Shown here one piece after another: positions 57,874-64,000 of a DNA stretch of 64,000 nucleotides. Source of the DNA: Magnetococcales bacterium DCbin4 (lineage in GTDB: Bacteria; Pseudomonadota; Magnetococcia; Magnetococcales; UBA8363); NCBI GenBank assembly GCA_002753735.1, contig PEAN01000009.1, positions 15,926 through 79,925 on the forward strand, written 5' to 3'. The translations under genes were made by a program, and so were the position numbers. Positions within the stretch are counted from its first letter, which is position 1; every line of letters begins with the position of its first letter. A model generated the notes under the pieces. It saw nothing but the letters and a program-made list of their open reading frames with translations, did no database searches and was not told the DNA's origin.

Positions 57874-59023
57874 CCGAATAACCCAGGATTTCCTGGAAGG
57901 CGGGATTGTAATCGATCAGCTGTCCCGACATGTCGGTCATGACATAGGCATCCAGCATGGTCTCGTACAAACGGCGAAATTTGTGTTCACCTTCCTGTCG
58001 CAGTTCACGGGAGAGCAAGTTCAGTTTCAGGTGATGGTTGTGCTGGATTTGACGCCACAGCAACCAACCGATCAAGGTCATAGCCCCCATTGCGGCAAAA
58101 GTCAACAGACTGATCCAACGCACCAGATCATCCATGGGGGCCATGATTTCTTCACGGTCGATCCTGGAGACCACATGCCAAGTCGTATCAGCGATGGAAT
58201 GCGATGCAAACAGAACGGATTGGTTATGATCGTCCATGACCTCCTTGGAGGGGGTCCACACATTATCCTCGAGGATGGTGATATCGTCAGGAATCTTTGT
58301 TTTTTCATGAGGGAAATACAGATTGAATGCCGTCTTGTGGTTACTAATATTATTAAGGAGCGGCGTACGGTCGCTGTCATTGCGGACCAGTACCGATTGA
58401 GCGCTGAGTGTGGGCATTGGCCATTGCCGAATCAGATCGAACAACGTGTGTTCAACCGGGGTATGCAGCACCAGGAATACCCGAGGTGGTTGTGATTTTG
58501 ATGACGCCAGTGGCAATACATGGGTGATATGGATGTGCCCCGATACCGACGGGTACAGGTCACTGCGTACAATTTGGCCACCTTCCAATGCGGTTTTGAT
58601 CCATTGCGCAATATGGTGTCCATCGGAACCGGAATGGCGTCCGCTGTTCATCAATACCTTTCCGGCGTTATCGACGAGCAGTACACCATCATAATATCTG
58701 GAGTTGCTCAGGGTGTTCATTCTTTCCGAGATGATCTCTCGATCAATTTCGTTGCCGTCCACCACCATTTTTTCCGCATGCATGACGAAATCGCGGTCAT
58801 CAGCGATGATTTCAAGGTTGAACCGACGTTCGGCAAGCCAGTCCCGTATTTGATTGGCCTTCAGCTCAGAGATGGCTTGCAGGTTGTTCAGTGCCTTGAG
58901 CCTGATCTCTGGTCCGTCCAAATAAATGATACCACAGGCAACCAATGGCGGAATCAGCATCAATACGAAAAACAAGGAGATCTGTTTGGAATAGGCAATA
59001 ATTCCATCTTTGGCAGTATCCAT
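57758..59023 (-). CDS. N-terminal sensor part of the same kinase (TM, extracytoplasmic Cache-like domain, TM, first half of a PAS domain)
   Basis: 421 aa with two TM segments flanking a ~270-aa domain. It ends with [39 protein letters not shown], then a short out-of-character tail. Confidence 0.7.
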   Translation of the reverse strand: MDTAKDGIIAYSKQISLFFVLMLIPPLVACGIIYLDGPEIRLKALNNLQAISELKANQIRDWLAERRFNLEIIADDRDFVMHAEKMVVDGNEIDREIISERMNTLSNSRYYDGVLLVDNAGKVLMNSGRHSGSDGHHIAQWIKTALEGGQIVRSDLYPSVSGHIHITHVLPLASSKSQPPRVFLVLHTPVEHTLFDLIRQWPMPTLSAQSVLVRNDSDRTPLLNNISNHKTAFNLYFPHEKTKIPDDITILEDNVWTPSKEVMDDHNQSVLFASHSIADTTWHVVSRIDREEIMAPMDDLVRWISLLTFAAMGAMTLIGWLLWRQIQHNHHLKLNLLSRELRQEGEHKFRRLYETMLDAYVMTDMSGQLIDYNPAFQEILGYSDEELRAPAGIDLAEKNMAHNRRRGLHATNPAAWQVPGL

Positions 59024-59832
59024 GAATTATTCCTTGTGTCTGAGGAACATTCCCTGAGATCTACCGACGCTTGAAGGAAACCGGGCAGGCTGATTGTTCA
59101 CCCCTGCATCGCGACGGGTCATGAAATCAACCAGGATCCTGAATTTTGGATCGCGTCAACAATGAGAATTTCGCTTTGAACTGATCATCTTTATCCTTGC
59201 AGGCTTGACACCGATTTGATTGTCGGCGCGCCATGCAATTTGCATTGCCTTCCTTTCGCAGGCGGTTTGGCCAATTTCAACGTATATCAAAGCGTGGTCA
59301 TCGATCTCAAAATTCATTGTCAGGAGTTGTTTCCAAATCGATGGATTGCTACCCATCAACATCCTGAGGCCGGATTTGCATCAATGATGAAGCATCAGTA
59401 GAACCCGAAACGGTTCAAAATACAGTCACAATCGCTTCATCTACCCTGATTCTGAGAATCCTAAACCCTTGTAATCAATATGTATCATTTTACCATCCCC
59501 CCCCTCTTGCATTATTTCTTTGTATTCATCAAACCGCGATCTATCACAACGCTAAAGTTATTATTATTTCCAGTTGGCTGTTTATCCATGATTTAGAGTT
59601 AGTTGCTGTTTGTGGATGCCAGAAGTGAGGACAATACACGTTGACACGATTATTGTAAACAGATTTTTTGAGTGTCAGTTCAGACGCATCCTCTCCATTG
59701 ATGGGTACTACAGCTGAATTGAATTATAAAAAATAGACACATTGTTTCTGGATTGCGTTTACGTGTGCGAAAAGATGGTCAATTCATTTATCATTGAAAG
59801 ATAATATTAAGATGGTCATTGAATTTCTATAA

Positions 59833-62800
59833 TCATCTATTCAATTCAAGCCCAAGTATATCTGAAATTTTTTCCAGGGTGGAAACTGCACTGAGAAATG
59901 CCAGACTGTCCACCTGTTGTTCCAACGTCGCCAAAAAGGGTCGTGCCTCGGAGAGGGTTCTGAGTTGGGGAATCAAAAGGGTCATGCTGTCCAAAGAGGC
60001 CATTTTTCTGCTACGCAACAATTGAGCAGTTGTCTTTATTAACAAAGAGAGCTTTTCCCGATCAACTTCAGGTTGATCGGAGGTCGTCGCGGAAGGTTCA
60101 ACCGCCCGGGGAAGATTGCTGATGCTGTTCAAGACCTCGGTCAGGGCACGGTCAAAGTCGTTCAAGCATCCATCCTGCGCCGATCCATATTCTTTCAGTT
60201 CCTGTTCCAGCGCCGAGGCGGTTTCAAAAACACGAATGGCCGAAATATTGCCCGCAATGCCGCGAATGGTATGGAGCAGGGTCAGAGCCTTGCCGATGGA
60301 CTCCCGGGTCGCCTCCGCAATCAGTTTTCGCACCTGTGCGACTGAAACCGCATGATCCCGGTAGAATTCCTCCAACAATGATCGGAACAATCGATGGTTT
60401 CCCCGGATGCGATGGATCGCCCCGACCGTATCGATTCCTGCCAACGTTTCGGTAATTCCCCAGGCATTGCCAAGGGGTTCCTGCTTGGGGACGGAAGGGG
60501 GAACGACTTCAGCGGTAACCCTGGTTTTAACCCATTGTTTGAGTAGTTGATAGAAGGTCAAACTGTCGATGGGCTTGGTCAGATGACCATTCATTCCCGC
60601 ATCCAGGCATTTGTCCATGACCCCCGACAGGGCATGCGCCGTCATGGCGATGATGGGAACATGCTCAAACGCCGGGATCTGCCGCAGATTCCGGGTGGCA
60701 CTGTAGCCATCCATCTCCGGCATCTCCAGATCCATCAGAATCAGGTCATGGACCCCATCGGGATCAATCGTCTTGGCCATGTTGACAACCTGGGATCCAT
60801 CGTTTGCCAAAGTGACCCGGATTCCAACCGCTTCCAGCATTTCCCGGGCGACCTGGCGGTTGATGGCATTGTCATCCACCAGCAAGACACGGGTACCGGC
60901 AAAATAACGGGCGATCTCTTCGTCCGGCACCGGAGGGGATCGTTTGATCGTATCCGCACTGACCGTTTCGCCCAGCAACATCAAAATGGCATGGAACAGC
61001 TCTCCCAGATGAAGCGGTTTTTCCACCACCCGGCACAGGGACAAGGGGCGTTGATGACACAGGCGCAGGGTCGAAGCGGTATCTTTCTCGGAAAACCGGC
61101 TCAGGATCAACCAGGGAACGGAACTGTGATCCAGAACCGTCAGGGGATGCGCCCGTTCCAGTACTCCCTTGACTTCCAGAACCGATTGATCAATCACCAG
61201 TAGATCAAGTTGTCCCCTGGGATGTTGGCCATCGAGCATTCGCTTGACTTCGTCGATGTTGCTCATCCCGATGGCTGTGAATCCAAGCCAGGAGAGAAAA
61301 TAATCAAGAGCGTGTTCCAGTGTGTTCTGGTGGCAGAAAAGGCCGATTCTTTTGTTGCTCTGATCCTTGGACAACCGGATACACGAAGGATCCGCCCGAT
61401 GATCATGCTTGAAACGGCAGGTAAAGAACATTTTCGTTCCTCGTCCCTCCGTACTTTCCGCATGCAAGGCCCCCCCCATCATTTCCGCCAGATTTTTGCT
61501 GATGGCCAAGCCCAGTCCCGATCCACCGAATTTGCGGGTGATGCTTGCGTCGGCCTGGGTGAACGGGGCGAAAATTTTGTCCATCTGTTCCCGGTTCATG
61601 CCGATGCCGCTGTCCTGGATGCAAAATTGCAGCTCAATCCAGTCATTCGACGTTGCCAGGGTTTCAACCCGCAGGATGATTTCTCCCTGGGCGGTAAACT
61701 TGATGGCGTTGCCAACCAGGTTGATCAAGACCTGTTCCAGCCGCAGTGGATCGCCGATCAGGGCCAGACGGCATTCGGATCCGATCTCCAAAATCAGGTC
61801 GATGTTTTTCTTGGATACCTGCTCGCTGAACAGATCGATGATGTAATCCAGGGTGTCGATCAGGCGGAATGCCGTCGCTTCCAAACTCATCCGCCCCGCT
61901 TCGATTTTGGAAATGTCCAGAATGTCGTTGATGATCCGCAGCAGAGAAATTGAGGCCCGGGAAATTTTTCTCAAATAATCGTGTGCCTGCTCCACCGGTT
62001 TTCTCAAGGCCAGATCCGACAATCCCATGATGGCATTCATGGGGGTTCGAAGCTCATGGCTCATGCGGGCAAGGAAATCAGACTTGGCTTCATTGGCGGC
62101 ATCTGCCTTGATCCGTTTTTCGGTTTCGGTGATGTTGTAGATGGCCATCGCCGTTTGCGTGGCCAGGGCGGACAATACCAATAATTCATGTCCTTCGAAT
62201 AAACCATCACCCCGCTTGTTGAGCACCATCATGACCCCGACCGTTTCATCATAGATCTTGAGGGGAGCGCTGATGACCGAGCGGGTGATGAACCCGGTTT
62301 TCTGATCGACCTTGCTGTTGAAGAAATTGACCGAATAGGCGTCGTCAATGATAATCCCGCGTCCTTCGCGAAAGGTGGCGCCAACAATCCCCTCGTTGAC
62401 AGGGATGTGCATGCCCGTGATGTCGTGTTCACCGGCGCAGGCATGACAGACCAGTTCTTTTTCGTTCGGGTCGAGCAACCACAAGGATGCGGCCTCGGAT
62501 TGGAGGTATTTGCGAATATTGACCACACTGACCCGAATGGCACTGGCCAGATCGGGTGCCTTGGCCAGGGCACTGCTGGTCCCCGCCAGCAGATCGACCA
62601 TCATGAATTGATACAGATACATGCCAAACGCTGCATGACGATCATGGAGCCGCATGGCGATGATCGGACCATCGACCCGGACGATGATGCAGGGAAACCG
62701 CATGCCATAGGGATCTGGTACCAGCGTCAGCAGGACTTCCTGCGCGATGAGATCGTTTCCGTACTCCTGTTCCGCCTGGATGGCAACCCCTACCAGGCTG

Positions 62801-63078
62801 ACATCCACCGTCATCCCTTCGATTTTGCGCTGGTCAGAAAAGGTCAGGACGACGCGGGTTTGATATTCCTCGCGCAACCATGAACGGGTCCGGGTGTTTT
62901 TTTGATTGTTTGCTGAAGAATCGGACATGGAAGGACAGGTACCCTGGCATGTTTTGGAACGGGTTGTCGAGACATGATCCCAATCGGACGGCATTGTACG
63001 CATCGATCTGGTGTTTGGGCCGGTGTTTGGGCCGGTGTTTGGGGAATTCCGGATCGGTGATCCCCCCGATTGCTTCAA
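59833..63078 (-). CDS. Hybrid sensor histidine kinase: PilZ, GAF, HisKA, HATPase, degenerate REC-like, REC, HPt
   Basis: PilZ motifs RSWLR (RxxxR) and DVSLVG (DxSxxG). H-box MSHELRTPMN. G-boxes DSGIGM and GGSGLGL. REC motif LMDLEMPEMDG. HPt motif LHTIRGIAG. The track start is a TTG, and ATG candidates are at 63003, 62994 and 62928. Confidence 0.8.
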   Translation of the reverse strand: MKQSGGSPIRNSPNTGPNTGPNTRSMRTMPSDWDHVSTTRSKTCQGTCPSMSDSSANNQKNTRTRSWLREEYQTRVVLTFSDQRKIEGMTVDVSLVGVAIQAEQEYGNDLIAQEVLLTLVPDPYGMRFPCIIVRVDGPIIAMRLHDRHAAFGMYLYQFMMVDLLAGTSSALAKAPDLASAIRVSVVNIRKYLQSEAASLWLLDPNEKELVCHACAGEHDITGMHIPVNEGIVGATFREGRGIIIDDAYSVNFFNSKVDQKTGFITRSVISAPLKIYDETVGVMMVLNKRGDGLFEGHELLVLSALATQTAMAIYNITETEKRIKADAANEAKSDFLARMSHELRTPMNAIMGLSDLALRKPVEQAHDYLRKISRASISLLRIINDILDISKIEAGRMSLEATAFRLIDTLDYIIDLFSEQVSKKNIDLILEIGSECRLALIGDPLRLEQVLINLVGNAIKFTAQGEIILRVETLATSNDWIELQFCIQDSGIGMNREQMDKIFAPFTQADASITRKFGGSGLGLAISKNLAEMMGGALHAESTEGRGTKMFFTCRFKHDHRADPSCIRLSKDQSNKRIGLFCHQNTLEHALDYFLSWLGFTAIGMSNIDEVKRMLDGQHPRGQLDLLVIDQSVLEVKGVLERAHPLTVLDHSSVPWLILSRFSEKDTASTLRLCHQRPLSLCRVVEKPLHLGELFHAILMLLGETVSADTIKRSPPVPDEEIARYFAGTRVLLVDDNAINRQVAREMLEAVGIRVTLANDGSQVVNMAKTIDPDGVHDLILMDLEMPEMDGYSATRNLRQIPAFEHVPIIAMTAHALSGVMDKCLDAGMNGHLTKPIDSLTFYQLLKQWVKTRVTAEVVPPSVPKQEPLGNAWGITETLAGIDTVGAIHRIRGNHRLFRSLLEEFYRDHAVSVAQVRKLIAEATRESIGKALTLLHTIRGIAGNISAIRVFETASALEQELKEYGSAQDGCLNDFDRALTEVLNSISNLPRAVEPSATTSDQPEVDREKLSLLIKTTAQLLRSRKMASLDSMTLLIPQLRTLSEARPFLATLEQQVDSLAFLSAVSTLEKISDILGLELNR

Positions 63079-63189
63079 AGTGGAGACCGTGATACAACCT
63101 CGGAGATATCCATGTCGTCATCGGACTGTCAATGACAGTCTACCGCGATGATGGCCTTCAGGGAAACCTTATTGTGATCGGATGGTTCC

Positions 63190-64000
63190 ATGACAGCATC
63201 TTCCACGCTTGAGGGAAAACCCTTGCGACTGTTCAATAGTTTGAGCCGGAAAATTGAGGAGTTCCATCCGCTGGATCCCAGCCAGACCCGGATCTACAGT
63301 TGCGGACCGACGGTATACAACGATGCCCATATCGGTAACCTGCGTGCCTATGTATTCACCGATACCCTGCGCCGTACCCTCAACTGGAAGGGGCGGGCGG
63401 TGCAGCATGTCATCAATATCACGGATGTCGGCCATATGACCTCCGACCAGGATGAAGGGGAGGACAAGATGGAACTGGCCTCCCAGAAGATGGCGCGGGA
63501 CATATGGCAGATTGCTGATCATTTCACGCGGGCATTCAAGAATGATCTCCTCCGGTTGAACATTCTTCGACCCACCTTGTGGAGTACTGCGACCGATCAC
63601 ATCCATGACATGATCGCCTTTGCCAGGGTGTTGGAACGGGCTGGGGCGACCTATGAATTGGAGTCGGGACTTTATTTTGATACCACCCGGGTTCCGGACT
63701 ACGGGATTTTGTCCCTGACCCCGCAAGAGGGACAGACCGAAGGGGCGCGTGTGGAGCGGGTCGAAGGGAAACGTAATCCCAGCGATTTCGCCATCTGGCG
63801 CAAGTCGTCCGCTACGGCCCAAAGGCAGATGGAATGGTGGTCGCCCTGGGGACCCGGCGCGCCAGGGTGGCACCTGGAATGCTCGGTGATGAGCATGAAA
63901 TATCTGGGGACCCGTTTCGACATCCATACCGGTGGCATCGATCATCGCGAAATTCATCATTGCAACGAAATTGCCCAGAATCAGGCATACACCCAGCAAT
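63190..64000 (+). CDS. cysS: Cysteinyl-tRNA synthetase, 5' partial (continues beyond the window)
   Basis: My own translation from ATG 63190 gives ...[29 protein letters not shown]...NITDVGH...DFAIWRK...[11 protein letters not shown]...[20 protein letters not shown]. It is absent from the ORF track because no stop is reached. The 276-aa minus-strand ORF is its shadow. Confidence 0.9.
   Translation, partial: MTASSTLEGKPLRLFNSLSRKIEEFHPLDPSQTRIYSCGPTVYNDAHIGNLRAYVFTDTLRRTLNWKGRAVQHVINITDVGHMTSDQDEGEDKMELASQKMARDIWQIADHFTRAFKNDLLRLNILRPTLWSTATDHIHDMIAFARVLERAGATYELESGLYFDTTRVPDYGILSLTPQEGQTEGARVERVEGKRNPSDFAIWRKSSATAQRQMEWWSPWGPGAPGWHLECSVMSMKYLGTRFDIHTGGIDHREIHHCNEIAQNQAYTQQ

Noticed and set aside
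59156-59362. 68-aa minus-strand ORF in the long intergenic region
   Set aside because: It has no RBS-like sequence, no recognisable motif, and a mirror ORF on the other strand.
63169-63999. 276-aa minus-strand ORF listed in the track
   Set aside because: The plus strand here translates into an unmistakable CysS N-terminal half ([12 protein letters not shown]). The minus ORF is its shadow.

Overview
This 64-kb window looks like chromosomal DNA from a Gram-negative, probably proteobacterial, genome. I did not attempt a species call. About 50 protein genes are supportable, and I saw no rRNA, tRNA or CRISPR. Housekeeping anchors are a ParE-like type IIA topoisomerase B subunit, serS, gyrA, xerD, an ABC-F ATPase and a 5' fragment of cysS. 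The cysS fragment runs off the right edge and is absent from the ORF track. The window is rich in signalling genes. It has four large PAS/GAF (hybrid) histidine kinases: one with a CxxCH haem sensor domain, one with an N-terminal PilZ domain, and one split by a frameshift. It also has three REC-HD-GYP response regulators and one stand-alone REC. There are two glycan loci. The first (19.1-28.1 kb) contains a CofD-like/GT2 fusion, a GT-C membrane transferase, a B12-radical SAM enzyme, a methyltransferase, a HAD hydrolase, a nucleotidyltransferase and a second GT2. The second (44.1-54.3 kb) is a PEP-CTERM/exosortase-type EPS locus. A family of MITE-like palindromic elements carrying terminator-like hairpins occurs at five loci, always just 3' of stop codons. 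One copy has expanded to 612 bp with a 69-bp tandem array. The most interesting candidate is a two-gene TIR + SLOG(LOG-like) module at 9.2-11.3 kb. It has no recognisable effector domain and sits directly downstream of, and co-directional with, a haem-sensor kinase / HD-GYP pair. All family assignments come from motif reading by eye, not from database searches.
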